DNA from: Nostoc sp.
Lineage (GTDB): Bacteria; Cyanobacteriota; Cyanobacteriia; Cyanobacteriales; Nostocaceae
NCBI RefSeq assembly: GCF_036917465.1
Contig: NZ_JBALDL010000073.1
Coordinates: 42 to 64,041, forward strand
DNA: 64,000 nucleotides
Reading direction: 5' to 3'
Positions 8,187 to 18,301 of this stretch are shown piece after piece; positions within the stretch are counted from its first letter, which is position 1, and each line of letters begins with the position of its first letter. Both the position numbers and the translations under genes were made by a program. The notes under the pieces were generated by a model. That model was not told the DNA's origin and made no database searches. It worked only from the letters and a program-made list of their open reading frames with translations.

Positions 8187-9704
8187 TTAAACTTTTTTCC
8201 CAGAGGCTGCTAGGAGTTCTAGAATGACTCCATTTGTCCAGCCGAAGCCAACTTCGTTAGAACTATATCCAAAGGAGATGTCGTCGGAGACGTTTGCAGA
8301 ACAGCGTTCAACATCATATTTTTCAACTAGGGTGTTATGACGCTCGAATTCTTTAACTACCATCGCTAAAAATTTGTTGGCAATGCGATCGCCTTCTGTA
8401 TGAAACCCGTAACGGTGAAGTCCTTGCACAGCAATTAATGTCAATGGAGCCCAACCGAAGGGAGCATCCCATTGGTTTCCGGTGACACGAGTACTGGTAA
8501 AAATCCCGCCTGGGGCTTCAAACAAAGAGAGATTTTCCACGATGCGCTGGGCTTGGGCTTGAGAAGAAATTCCTAGCCACAGGGGATAAAATGTGGTAGC
8601 AAATTCGTAGCAACGGCGTTTTCCACTCTGGAAGTGATAGTCGCAATAGAGTCCTCGTTCTTCATTCCAGAGAAATTGATCGATCCGATCGCGCCGATAT
8701 TCACCGCGATCGCGCCATTGTTTTTCTAGTTGTTCGTTGCCCAAAATATTGTTAATTTGCGCCATATCTTGTTCTACCTGATATAGCAAACTGTTGAGGC
8801 ACACAGGAGCGTAGTGGAGGATATCAGCACTGAAGGGGCCAAATCGGTTGGTGATATCAAAACCGGACTCGCGCATGGTGCGATCGGCCTTGTAAAATAG
8901 GTATGTCAGTTTGTCATTTTCCCGATCGTAGTAAAGATTAACGTCGTAATCTTCAACCTCATTGGTTTGGTAATATTCCTTGACGCGATCGTAGTGGCTT
9001 TTTCCCTCCTCATCTCGCTCGGAGAACACAACTTCTGGCGCGGGGCCTTCGCCAAAGGCATAAAATCTGGATAAGCCGGTTCCGGGATTCAAATGGGGCG
9101 GTACTACCCAGTAATAGTAAAATTGTTCTAGCAGTGGTACGGTTGATCTCAACCACTCTTCATCCTGGGTGTGCTGGAATAATGCCAAAACCATCATGCT
9201 GAGGACGGGGGGTTGCGATCGCGACAGCATATAAGTCCGGTTGGCATTGAGGATAGTACCGTAATGCTTCACCTGGTACAATAATTGGTCAACCTGACTT
9301 TGCGCTAGCTCCCATTCTTCATCGTGCAGAAGTCCTAGTAATATAAAGTAGCTGTCCCAGCCATACATTTCGTTAAATCGACCACCTGGTACGACATAAG
9401 GGCCTGGTAGGTATAGTAAGCCATGCTGTTTAATAGCTTCGACTTCTGAGGGCAAAGTGCGAATTTCAATTCCTTGCATATCCTTGGAAGATAGCGATCG
9501 CTCCAACACGGCCTGAATATTGGGACAATCTTCTAAGGGGGAAATGTAGACGATCCAGGGAGTATCGGTTTTGTGGTCTAGTTTGGTATCTTTGGCGGAT
9601 TGTAATAAGTGTTCGTGCGATCGCGTTAAGGTTTTCCATGTTTTTTTGATATGGGCTTGCACGGTGTCAATCTGCGCGGTAGTCAGTTCTGGGGGAGTGG
9701 TCAT
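8187..9704 (-). CDS. treH: Alpha,alpha-trehalase (GH37)
   Basis: VVPGGRFNEMYGWDSYF, NANRTYMLSRSQPP, RESGFD, QWDAPFGWAP, EKYDV, GFGWTNG. Likely start MTTPPEL at 9704; the track start at 9818 runs through repeat DNA. Confidence 0.95.
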   Translation of the reverse strand: MTTPPELTTAQIDTVQAHIKKTWKTLTRSHEHLLQSAKDTKLDHKTDTPWIVYISPLEDCPNIQAVLERSLSSKDMQGIEIRTLPSEVEAIKQHGLLYLPGPYVVPGGRFNEMYGWDSYFILLGLLHDEEWELAQSQVDQLLYQVKHYGTILNANRTYMLSRSQPPVLSMMVLALFQHTQDEEWLRSTVPLLEQFYYYWVVPPHLNPGTGLSRFYAFGEGPAPEVVFSERDEEGKSHYDRVKEYYQTNEVEDYDVNLYYDRENDKLTYLFYKADRTMRESGFDITNRFGPFSADILHYAPVCLNSLLYQVEQDMAQINNILGNEQLEKQWRDRGEYRRDRIDQFLWNEERGLYCDYHFQSGKRRCYEFATTFYPLWLGISSQAQAQRIVENLSLFEAPGGIFTSTRVTGNQWDAPFGWAPLTLIAVQGLHRYGFHTEGDRIANKFLAMVVKEFERHNTLVEKYDVERCSANVSDDISFGYSSNEVGFGWTNGVILELLAASGKKV

Positions 9705-9910
9705 AATTTCAATTTGGCGGGGTGTTGAGGAGTCAAGAAAAGAATTTTTGAACGCAGAAAGAGTGCAGAGATACGCAGAGGCTTTATCCCAGATTTCTCT
9801 GCATAACTCTAGATACATCGTAATTCGTAATTACTAATCACGCCCACAGACTCGCAGGAGTGTAATTACGAATTACGTTAGCGTAGCGGGCGTAGCCCAT
9901 TACGAATTAT

Positions 9911-12709
9911 TTACTCGGCAGTACTAACTAATAGGGCGACTGGAAAATGGGCAAGGGCAGATCCGATAGATAGGATTTCTGTAGTCTGTAAAGGTTGGTG
10001 AGTCAGGAGGTTTGTCCAGGTGAGGGGAGTTCCAGAGGGTAATTGCAGGTGCGTATCTTGCCAAACTGACTCACCCAAGGGGTTGTCTCCGGGTTGGATG
10101 AGGCTGGTTAAAAAGCGTGGGGCGATCGCGATCGCTGTTTGATTCCCTTCCCGACGCGCAAAGGCGATAATGTGATTGGCGTAGGTTCCCTCAACTTCTA
10201 ACGGCAGATAGTCGCCATCCTGAAATAATGAAACATAGTTTGTTCTGGCTTGGAGTAATTGAGCCGTTAAAAACAGTTTGATTCTACCGTCTGTTTTGTC
10301 GTTTAGTAACTCCTGAATTAGTCTGAGAATATCTGTTTTCACCTCTTCGCGGATGGCGCTTAAGTAACTACGTCGCTGTTCAAAATCCACGGGACGGCGA
10401 TTATCTGGATCGACTAGACTTAGTTCCCAAAGTTCTGTTCCTTGGTATAAATCGGGTACGCCGGGTGCAGTAATCTTCAGGAGAGTTTGAGAAAGGGAAT
10501 TGAAAATCCCATACTCTGCAATTCGCTGCTGAAAAGGACGAAAGGCTTTTAGAAATTCCCCAGAGATGGAAGGATCGAGTATCTTCTCAATAAACGAAGT
10601 ACAGGCTTCTTCATACTCGCTATCAGGGCGCAACCAGGCTGTATGCACTTTCGCTTCTCGGATTGCTTTTATTATATAATCTTTCACCCGTTCCACGAAG
10701 GATGCGTGTTCTTGTTCGGCAAAGGGAAACGCCCCGACTAGGGTTTGATAGATAAAATACTCATCGTTACCATCGGGTATAGCAAAGCCGTGGCGATGAA
10801 TGCGACTTCCTCGATTAATGGCACTCCAGGTATTTACCTGCTGATCCCATTCTTCGGGGATTTCTGACAACACATTTAACCTAGCCCGCACATCTTCGCC
10901 GCGTTTGGTGTCGTGGGTAGCTGTGGTGTTCATTGTATGAGGCCAAGTAGCTTGGTGTTGTTTGTTAAAGCTATGAAATTTGGCTAAATCAATCCCAAAA
11001 TGACCCGGATTTCCTCCGACTTCATTCAGCGACAGCAAGCGATTGTAAACATATAAGGTGGTGTCTTCTACGCCTTTGGCCATTAGCGGGCCACTATATT
11101 GCTGCATCCGCAAGACAAAATATATCCACTGTTCGCGTTCTGTTTGAGTCAAAGAATTATCAAAATCTAGCACCATTAACTTCTCAATAAAGGTCAGTTC
11201 GTGCTGCAACAGGGGCGTTTGTTCTTTGGCTTGGTTAATTACTTCTTGGATGGTAGCGCGATCGCTCTCCCCAATTCCATCGGGGGTAATGTAGGTACGG
11301 TAAATCGGGAACAGAGTTAAAACTTCGGCGATCGCTCTTTTCAAGCCATTGAGGGTAAAATCATTGCCATAGCGATATTTGCTGGAAATGTTCTTTAACA
11401 AAAGAGCCAAATTGTCAATATCACCGGCTAAATTCTTTTCTAGGATCAAATGCTTTTTATCCTTCACTACTGATGAATAATCTACTCTTGAACCAATAAA
11501 GTTATGGTAAATTTTATCGAAAGATGATTCATTTTCAGTTTGACAAAACACACCATTTACATAGTTAAGAAAGTCATATCCTGATGTCCCTTCAATTTCC
11601 CAGTTTTCCGGCAGTTCTTCGGTGATTTCTAAAATCTTCTCGACTGTAATATAAATATCTCCCGTCTTTTCTCGCAGTCTTTGGAGATACTGGATTGGGT
11701 TATAAAGTCCATCAATATGATCGATGCGTAAGCCTGTAAATTTGCCTTCTTCAACTAGCTTATGAATCAGGCTGTGGGTATTATTAAAAACTCGCATTTC
11801 TTCAACTTTAACGGAAATAAGTTCGTTAACGGTAAAGAAGCGGCGGTAGTTCATTTCTTCCGCCCCAACTTTCCAGAAGGCGAGACGGTAAAATTGATCG
11901 TTTAGTAATTCATCTAGCAAGTTAAAGCTTTCTGAATTACCTGGTTCTCCGTTGAAGGTTTGGATATTTTCGTCAATGAACTCGTGGATGGCATCGTTTG
12001 TGGTGTAGAGTTCCCAAACCAATCCTTTAATAAATGCGATTTGGTCTTGTCGCTGTTTTCCCGCAACTTCTGAAGGCACACTTTTGAGAATATACAAAAT
12101 ACCCAATAGCTTAATAAAATCGGGATGATTGCGTCCGAGTGTGCGGGTGAGTCTGCCCAAGTTATGGGTAATAAATTTTGTATAAGATTCTAATCGTAGC
12201 GGCAGTTTTAAGCTGTAATAGTTTACGGTTAAACCGTTTTGTTCGTATTGGACTTGAATGTGTCCGTTTTCTAAGGATGCACCATAGAAATCTCCCAAGA
12301 GAGGAGCGAGAATTCGCTCTTGGCGATCGCCAAAGGGAGCATTCCAAGAAAGGTCGAAGTAGTCAGTATAACTGGAATCTGGCCCGTGTTCCAATATGTC
12401 CATCAAGTAATCGTTTTCGCTGCTATAGGCCATGTGGTTTGGCACTATATCTTGTAACCAGCCCATACCAAGGGATTGGACTTCACTAACTAATGCCTCA
12501 AAGGATTCAGTAGTTCCTAGTTCTGGGTTAAGTTGAGTGGCATCTACTATATCGTAGCCGTGGGTACTGCCAGATCGAGCTTTGAAAATAGGGGAAGCAT
12601 ACAAATCGGAAACACCTAAATCTGCTAGATAAGCTGCGATCGCTTTAGCGTTATCAAAGCCAAACTGGGGTGTAAACTGAATTCGATAAGTTGCGGTAGG
12701 AATTCGCAT
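9911..12709 (-). CDS. treY: Malto-oligosyltrehalose synthase
   Basis: MRIPTATYRIQF, HGYD, DIVPNHM, NYRRFF, GLRIDHIDGL, TATHDTKRGEDVRAR, LVDPDNRRPVD. Likely start 12709. Confidence 0.96.
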   Translation of the reverse strand: MRIPTATYRIQFTPQFGFDNAKAIAAYLADLGVSDLYASPIFKARSGSTHGYDIVDATQLNPELGTTESFEALVSEVQSLGMGWLQDIVPNHMAYSSENDYLMDILEHGPDSSYTDYFDLSWNAPFGDRQERILAPLLGDFYGASLENGHIQVQYEQNGLTVNYYSLKLPLRLESYTKFITHNLGRLTRTLGRNHPDFIKLLGILYILKSVPSEVAGKQRQDQIAFIKGLVWELYTTNDAIHEFIDENIQTFNGEPGNSESFNLLDELLNDQFYRLAFWKVGAEEMNYRRFFTVNELISVKVEEMRVFNNTHSLIHKLVEEGKFTGLRIDHIDGLYNPIQYLQRLREKTGDIYITVEKILEITEELPENWEIEGTSGYDFLNYVNGVFCQTENESSFDKIYHNFIGSRVDYSSVVKDKKHLILEKNLAGDIDNLALLLKNISSKYRYGNDFTLNGLKRAIAEVLTLFPIYRTYITPDGIGESDRATIQEVINQAKEQTPLLQHELTFIEKLMVLDFDNSLTQTEREQWIYFVLRMQQYSGPLMAKGVEDTTLYVYNRLLSLNEVGGNPGHFGIDLAKFHSFNKQHQATWPHTMNTTATHDTKRGEDVRARLNVLSEIPEEWDQQVNTWSAINRGSRIHRHGFAIPDGNDEYFIYQTLVGAFPFAEQEHASFVERVKDYIIKAIREAKVHTAWLRPDSEYEEACTSFIEKILDPSISGEFLKAFRPFQQRIAEYGIFNSLSQTLLKITAPGVPDLYQGTELWELSLVDPDNRRPVDFEQRRSYLSAIREEVKTDILRLIQELLNDKTDGRIKLFLTAQLLQARTNYVSLFQDGDYLPLEVEGTYANHIIAFARREGNQTAIAIAPRFLTSLIQPGDNPLGESVWQDTHLQLPSGTPLTWTNLLTHQPLQTTEILSIGSALAHFPVALLVSTAE

Positions 12710-12766
12710 GAGTTTGTTGTTATGAGAGATGGGGCGTATCGTTCGGAAAACAAGTTTGTCTCTCGG

Positions 12767-12855
12767 AGATCCCCCCAACCCCCCTTAAAAAGGGGGGCTT
12801 TTCCCGATCTTTACCCCCTTTTTAAGGTGGTCGCCGCAGGCGGGGGGATCTTATC
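12767..12855. repeat. GC-rich multi-hairpin dispersed repeat (same core as the MITEs at 4008 and 7523)
   Basis: AGATCCCCCCAACCCCCCTTAAAAAGGGGGG...CCCCCTTTTTAAGG...TCGCCGCAGGCGGGGGGATCT. Confidence 0.75.
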
Positions 12856-12881
12856 TGAAACCTATTTAGATGTGGGGGAAT

Positions 12882-13112
12882 TTGAGCCTTTGAGCCTGAA
12901 CGTTGAGCCTTTTTACTCTGACGTTGAGCCTTTGAGCCTGAACGTTGAGCTTTTTTACTCGAACGTTGAGCCTTTTAGCTCGAACGTTGAGCCTTTTTAC
13001 TCGAACGTTGAGCCTTTTAGCTCAAACGTTGAGCCTTTTTACTCGAACGTTGAGCCTTTTTACTCGAACGTTGAGCCTTTTTACTCGAACGTTGAGCCTT
13101 TTTACTCGAAAC
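12882..13112. repeat. 21-bp tandem repeat array, 11 units (array 1)
   Basis: Consensus TTGAGCCTTTTTACTCGAACG, head-to-tail with no spacers. Confidence 0.92.
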
Positions 13113-13170
13113 TCGATGTTAGTGAACACCAAAAAATAAATTATTTCATCTTGTGGGATGGGCATCTTGC

Positions 13171-13371
13171 CATTGGTGTCAACTTAACGTGAAAGCCTTG
13201 TAAAAACTGAATATTGAGTTCACTCACCACTCACTACGATCTGCATTACCCCACCCTAACCCTCCCCTTATAAAGGGGAGGGAACCGGATTTACTCTTTC
13301 CCCCCTTTATAAGGGGGGATTAAGGGGGGTAGGCTGTGGAACAAAGCTTCGAGCTTAAGTTGACACCAATG
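13171..13371. mobile_element. 201-bp MITE with 17-bp TIRs and 9-bp target-site duplication
   Basis: CATTGGTGTCAACTTAA ... TTAAGTTGACACCAATG flanked on both sides by GCATCTTGC (13162-13170 and 13372-13380). It is inserted into a GGGCATCTTGCCCG...CGGGCAAGATGCCC palindrome. Confidence 0.85.
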
Positions 13372-13490
13372 GCATCTTGCCCGTCCTTGGTGATTAGCGG
13401 GCAAGATGCCCGCACCACAAGAAATTTTTTGATGTTTTTTATTTGGAAGTCTCGTTATGAGGCTGAAACTTTAAGTTTTAACTCTCCCCC

Positions 13491-15338
13491 TCATCCTTTT
13501 TCATAGAGTACTAAACTAGTAGGTTGCAATTTCACTTCTTTTCCGGCAGACAGATGTTCAACAGCTTCTGAACCAGACCCAGACCATGAGGTATCAGCAG
13601 AGTCTAACAATTTCTTAGCATTTTGTTCAAATGGCAAAGTCACTGTCACTGGAGACGAATTGAAATTCATCACAAATATTAGTTCACTCGATTCGCACCA
13701 ACGACGCACGATGACCAAATCCTTTTCTTTATCGCTAGTCGCTTCGATGAAATTGCGGTCTTGATTCAAAAGGGCTGGATGCGTCTTGCGTAAATTAATT
13801 AACTGACGATACCAATCCCACAGAACTTTGTGCTTACCTTCATGGCGTAATTGCCAATTGAGTTTAGACTTTAGGAAAGTTTCTGCGGATTCAGGATCTG
13901 GGGGATCATCGGCGAAGTGAAATGCTTCAAATTCTTGTTTGCGTCCGGCTCGAACTGCTTGAATCAAATCTGGATCGGAGTGACTGACAAAGTAAATGAA
14001 GGGTGCAGTTTCGCCGTATTCCTCTCCCATAAATAACAGGGGTAAATTGGGCGATAGCAGCACAGCCCCAGCAGCTAACTTTAATCCTTCAAAAGAGATC
14101 CTCTGAGTGAGGCGTTCTCCTTTCATTTGATTGCCGATTTGATCGTGATTCTGAATGCAGACTGTAAACTGTGAGAAATTGCGATCGCGGCAACTTATGC
14201 CATGAAATCGCTTCCGGTGTGGTGCGTACTTCCAATCATAGACAAAACTATCATTGTAAGCTTTTGCCAGATCCGCACATTGTCCAAAGTCTTGATAATA
14301 TCCTTGGCGATCGCCTGTTAAAAGTGCGTATAATGCATGGTGAAAATCATCACTCCACTGAGCATCAAGACCATATCCACCCAATTCTGCCGGACGAATG
14401 ATTTGCGGATTATTCAAGTCACTTTCGGCAATTAAATGGCGCTTCCATTTTTGCCCTTGTTGTGAAAAATGATGAACTGCTTCCGCCAGTTCCCATAAAA
14501 AATGCTTTGCTCCCAAGTCGTAAATTGCTTGAATAGCATCAAGCCGCAATGCATCAATGTGGAACTCGCGCAACCAGTAAAGCGCATTTTCAATAAAATA
14601 ATTTCGCACACCCTGACTGTGGGCATCGTCAAAATTCAGCGCTTCGCCCCACGGTGTTTTATAGGTTTTAGTAAAGTAGGGCGCGAACTGCCCCATATAA
14701 TTGCCTTCTGGCCCAAAGTGGTTATACACCACATCCAACACCACAGCTATATTGTGTTGATGGCAAGCATTCACCAGTTGCTTTAGTTCTGCTGGACTAC
14801 CGTAGGAATTTTGAACAGCATAAGGATAAACGCCATCATAGCCCCAGTTGCGGTATGTTAGGGAAGCTTCAATATGAGTGTCTCCCGGAAACTGGGAGAT
14901 AGGCATGATTTCAATCGCATTAATTCCCAGTTCACTGAGTTCCGGTAGACGAGAAATAATGGCGGTGAAAGTTCCTTCAGGAGTGAAAGTACCAACATGG
15001 AGTTCGTAAAAAATCATCGACTCCAAAGGAATGCCAGCCCACCCTTCATCTGTCCACTCAAAATGTTGATCGACAATTTGAGACGGGCCATGCACTCCTT
15101 CAGGTTGATACTGTGACGCGGGATCGGCAAAAGCGTCTTGGCCATTCAAGACATACCGATAAAGCGTACCTGGATACATATCATTCACTTTCGCGTGCCA
15201 GTATCCCTCAGACTGAGGCTTGAGGGGAATAACCTGCTCATGCGGTGTTAAAGTTTTTACAGTGACGCTATCTTGTAGCGGCGACCAAACTGTAAATTCA
15301 CATTCTCCATTACCCAAGTAGTTAGCACCAATTCTCAC
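13491..15338 (-). CDS. treZ: Malto-oligosyltrehalose trehalohydrolase
   Basis: YELHVGTFT, NWGYDG, DVVYNHFGPEGNY, ALRLDAIQAI, IQNHDQIGN, LLFMGEEYGE. GTG start. Confidence 0.96.
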   Translation of the reverse strand: MRIGANYLGNGECEFTVWSPLQDSVTVKTLTPHEQVIPLKPQSEGYWHAKVNDMYPGTLYRYVLNGQDAFADPASQYQPEGVHGPSQIVDQHFEWTDEGWAGIPLESMIFYELHVGTFTPEGTFTAIISRLPELSELGINAIEIMPISQFPGDTHIEASLTYRNWGYDGVYPYAVQNSYGSPAELKQLVNACHQHNIAVVLDVVYNHFGPEGNYMGQFAPYFTKTYKTPWGEALNFDDAHSQGVRNYFIENALYWLREFHIDALRLDAIQAIYDLGAKHFLWELAEAVHHFSQQGQKWKRHLIAESDLNNPQIIRPAELGGYGLDAQWSDDFHHALYALLTGDRQGYYQDFGQCADLAKAYNDSFVYDWKYAPHRKRFHGISCRDRNFSQFTVCIQNHDQIGNQMKGERLTQRISFEGLKLAAGAVLLSPNLPLLFMGEEYGETAPFIYFVSHSDPDLIQAVRAGRKQEFEAFHFADDPPDPESAETFLKSKLNWQLRHEGKHKVLWDWYRQLINLRKTHPALLNQDRNFIEATSDKEKDLVIVRRWCESSELIFVMNFNSSPVTVTLPFEQNAKKLLDSADTSWSGSGSEAVEHLSAGKEVKLQPTSLVLYEKG

Positions 15339-15539
15339 GCAGTATCCCTCCCGCCAGTATGTTGTGCCGAATTATGGTGCGATGGCGTAACCGCCCGCCG
15401 TAGGCGATCGCAATGTCATTGATTGCACAATGTTTACAAACACACCAGATAGCATAATGGTTCCTCTACGAGACTTTTTGCTAGCACCTGGAGGCGGATT
15501 TTTTACCAGAACAAATTCTGTCTAACGATAAATCATCAC

Positions 15540-15606
15540 AAAGACGCAATAAATCGCCGTCTCTACAATAATCAGCCTTTTGTAGAGACGGCGATTTATC
15601 GCGTCT
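15540..15606. repeat. REP-like long palindrome
   Basis: AGACGCAATAAATCGCCGTCTCTACAA...TTGTAGAGACGGCGATTTATCGCGTCT inverted repeat between treZ and the DCC1-like gene. Confidence 0.75.
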
Positions 15607-15621
15607 TCTGCTTGCCGCAGT

Positions 15622-16029
15622 TTAAATTGGTTTGCAGCTACCATCAACACAGTAAGACGATTGATAAGTATTAGAACGCTTACCAAATATGGTGTAGCGG
15701 TTATCGCGGATTTGTTCGTAAAAGCGATCGCCTGCCCATTTCATCCCCGGTAAGGCTCGATAAGCATCTACAAATATGTTTCCTGCTGGTAATAAGCGCC
15801 CAATTTCTTCAGCTGCATTACTACCTTGCCAACGTCTCTGGGGTTCATTGCCATCAATTAAAATCACCCCCTGTTCGCAGTCTTGGGCTGTAATTCCCCA
15901 CCCTAAAAGTGTCTGCTCATCTTGCATGGGAGCGTAACGAAATAACTGTCCCTTGTCTAGGGTTTCTAGCGATCGCACTAGGGTAACGCAGAGATTACAA
16001 TTTCCGTCGTAGATTACGTAGTAGTTCAT
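15622..16029 (-). CDS. DCC1-like thiol-disulfide oxidoreductase (DUF393)
   Basis: VIYDGNCNLC (DxxCxxC motif); YxxIRDNRY near the C-terminus. Confidence 0.88.
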   Translation of the reverse strand: MNYYVIYDGNCNLCVTLVRSLETLDKGQLFRYAPMQDEQTLLGWGITAQDCEQGVILIDGNEPQRRWQGSNAAEEIGRLLPAGNIFVDAYRALPGMKWAGDRFYEQIRDNRYTIFGKRSNTYQSSYCVDGSCKPI

Positions 16030-16126
16030 AGAAATAATTATTCTAGCTTAGAAAACTGTAGCGATCGCTCTTGTCTCAGATCAGAGGTTGAATGAACAAG
16101 TATTTCACTGTGATTTTAGGCACTTT

Positions 16127-16251
16127 TAGATCCCCCCTAACCCCCCTTTTTAAGGGAGGAACCGGAATCAAAGTCCCCCTTTTTAAGGGGAGCCACTGCG
16201 GTCTTGGGGTCTCCCCAAGTGAAGCAAGTGGCGTGGATTTAGGGGGATCTA
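16127..16251. repeat. GC-rich multi-hairpin dispersed repeat with a nested small element
   Basis: TAGATCCCCCCTAA...TTAGGGGGATCTA outer stem; inner GCCACT...CTTGGGG..CCCCAAG...AGTGGC insert at ~16191-16234. Confidence 0.7.
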
Positions 16252-16316
16252 AAACTTTTGATACCCACAAGAGGACTTGTTCATTCATCCTCTCAGCCAA
16301 AACAACATTTTTTTTA

Positions 16317-16922
16317 TTAAATATGCATAATGTCATCTAGTTTAAGTTGTAGATTTGGCAATAGTTCTGAATAAATAGTATCTCCTAAGCGATATTGTTG
16401 CTGCTGGTAGACACCGTTGACTAAGTGACAAACGGTAAAGGTGGGTTGTTTGGGATTGCCGATAAATTGCAAGCCACCCAAGCCGCGAAAGTCCACAATC
16501 CAATATTCTGGGATGTTAAGAAACGCGTATTCTTCAACTTTTCTGGCATAATCATCTTGCCAATTTGTACTCACAACTTCAGCAACAAGTTTAATAGTAC
16601 TTCTATTACAAATAATCGGTTCTTTTTGCCAAAGCGGTTCTTTTCTAAGTTCGGCTTTATCTAAAACAATTACATCAGGACGCAGCGCTGTAGCTTCAGC
16701 AGCAGGTGGTTTAATCAGACAAGTTTTTGGGATTAGCCAGTTGAATTTATAACTCAAAATTTCGACATAGATTCTACCAGCAATACTACCTGCAACAGCT
16801 TCGTGTGGCCCTGTAGGTTCCATGTCTCTTAGTTGTCCGTCGATTAGTTCGTAGCGTGTATTATCACCATATTGAGTTATAAACTCTTCAAAGGTAATTA
16901 GTTTGGGTGAGGTGTAGGTCAT
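16317..16922 (-). CDS. Uma2 family (DUF820) putative endonuclease
   Basis: RYELIDGQL..MEPTGPHE, RPDVIVL, LVAEVVS, EYWIVD pattern. Confidence 0.92.
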   Translation of the reverse strand: MTYTSPKLITFEEFITQYGDNTRYELIDGQLRDMEPTGPHEAVAGSIAGRIYVEILSYKFNWLIPKTCLIKPPAAEATALRPDVIVLDKAELRKEPLWQKEPIICNRSTIKLVAEVVSTNWQDDYARKVEEYAFLNIPEYWIVDFRGLGGLQFIGNPKQPTFTVCHLVNGVYQQQQYRLGDTIYSELLPNLQLKLDDIMHI

Positions 16923-16964
16923 TATGTCTTATTTTGACTTGACGTAGACTTATTGTAGCGAAGC

Positions 16965-16999
16965 CAGATTGCCGACTTCTTTAAGAAGTCGGCAATCTG
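16965..16999. repeat. Small dispersed palindrome
   Basis: CAGATTGCCGACTTCT-tta-AGAAGTCGGCAATCTG; same family as 7799-7831 with compensatory changes. Confidence 0.75.
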
Positions 17000-17058
17000 A
17001 AGTATCATGCCTTTGGAATGGTAAACGCTGTAGTTTTTTCGTTAAAGAGAAAATATTC

Positions 17059-18111
17059 ATGAGATACAAACTCTTGGGCAAAAGCGGGTTAAGAGTTTCT
17101 GAACTCTCCTTGGGAACCATGACCTTTGGTGAAGATTGGGGTTGGGGTGCATCTGTTGACGAAAGTCGTAAAATCTTTGATAGCTATGTAGAAGCAGGGG
17201 GAAATTTCATTGACACCGCCAACGGTTATACCGATGGTAGCAGTGAAAAAATTGTCGGTGAGTTAATCGCTAAAGAACGGGAACGCTTTGTAGTTGCGAC
17301 AAAATATTCCTTTCCCTTACAGATGAATGAAAAGAAGGGCGACCCTAACGCCAGTGGAAACCATCGCAAGAATTTAATCCAGTCTTTAGAAGGTAGCCTG
17401 AAACGGCTGAATACCGATTACATTGATTTATTTTGGTTGCACGCTTGGGATTTCACAACACCGATTGAAGAAGTATTGCGATCGCTTGATGATCTAGTCC
17501 GTCAAGGTAAAGTTCTTTACATCGGCATTTCTGACACACCCGCATGGATCGTTTCTCAAGCAAATACAATTGCCCAGTTTCAAGGATGGACGCAGTTTGT
17601 TGCCCTGCAAGTTGAGTATAGTTTAATTCAGCGAACACCAGAACGTGATTTGCTACCAATGGCAAAAGCCTTTGATTTAGCAGTAACACCGTGGTCGCCC
17701 TTGGGTGGTGGTGTGCTGACAGGTAAGTATAATCAGCCTCCTCAAGCAGGCGATGAACAAGGACGATTAGCAAATGCAGCGTTAGGAACTATTTCAGAAA
17801 AGAGTTTAGCGATCGCTAAAGTTGTCAGTGAAGTTGCAGCCGAAATTGGACACACACCTTCACAGGTAGCATTAGCTTGGTTGCTAGCTCAAAGTGGTGT
17901 GATAATTCCCATCATTGGCGCACGTAAATTAACGCAGTTTCAAGATAACTTAGCTTCAATAGAAGTCAGCTTATCCCCAGAACATCTGCAACGCTTAGAT
18001 GAAGTTAGTAAAATTGAATTGGGTTTTCCCCATGACTTTTTGCACAATGATCTAATTCGCGATCGGCTTTTCGGTGGTACATTTAATACTATAGAAAACC
18101 ATCGTATTTAA
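17059..18111 (+). CDS. Aldo/keto reductase
   Basis: LGKSGLRVSELSLGTMTFG, FIDTANGY, ATKY, YIDLFWLH, WSPLGGGVLTGKY, QVALAW. Likely start MRYKLLG at 17059. Confidence 0.93.
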   Translation: MRYKLLGKSGLRVSELSLGTMTFGEDWGWGASVDESRKIFDSYVEAGGNFIDTANGYTDGSSEKIVGELIAKERERFVVATKYSFPLQMNEKKGDPNASGNHRKNLIQSLEGSLKRLNTDYIDLFWLHAWDFTTPIEEVLRSLDDLVRQGKVLYIGISDTPAWIVSQANTIAQFQGWTQFVALQVEYSLIQRTPERDLLPMAKAFDLAVTPWSPLGGGVLTGKYNQPPQAGDEQGRLANAALGTISEKSLAIAKVVSEVAAEIGHTPSQVALAWLLAQSGVIIPIIGARKLTQFQDNLASIEVSLSPEHLQRLDEVSKIELGFPHDFLHNDLIRDRLFGGTFNTIENHRI

Positions 18112-18301
18112 TATTATTTGTCATTTAACCCTTTCAAAGAAAAAAGTCTCAATCCCAAATCTAAAATTCCAAATTGTATAAACCATAGGCAGTAACACAT
18201 TCAGCCGTTAATACAATCCATCGTCAGAGAGTTTCGCACAACTAACTAACATCTGTAAAGTTGGATTTAAAAGGCATTAACAACGTAAACAACTTAGACT
18301 C

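Noticed and set aside
12722-13192. 156-aa ORF with EPFYSNV repeats
   Set aside because: It is made entirely of a hairpin repeat plus array 1 and lies antisense within the tre operon; no coding features.
16076-16340. Overlapping 82-aa and 86-aa ORFs
   Set aside because: Both are read through a palindromic dispersed repeat.
16317-16922. Uma2 gene as a defence nuclease system
   Set aside because: A highly expanded family in cyanobacteria; solitary here with no partner genes.
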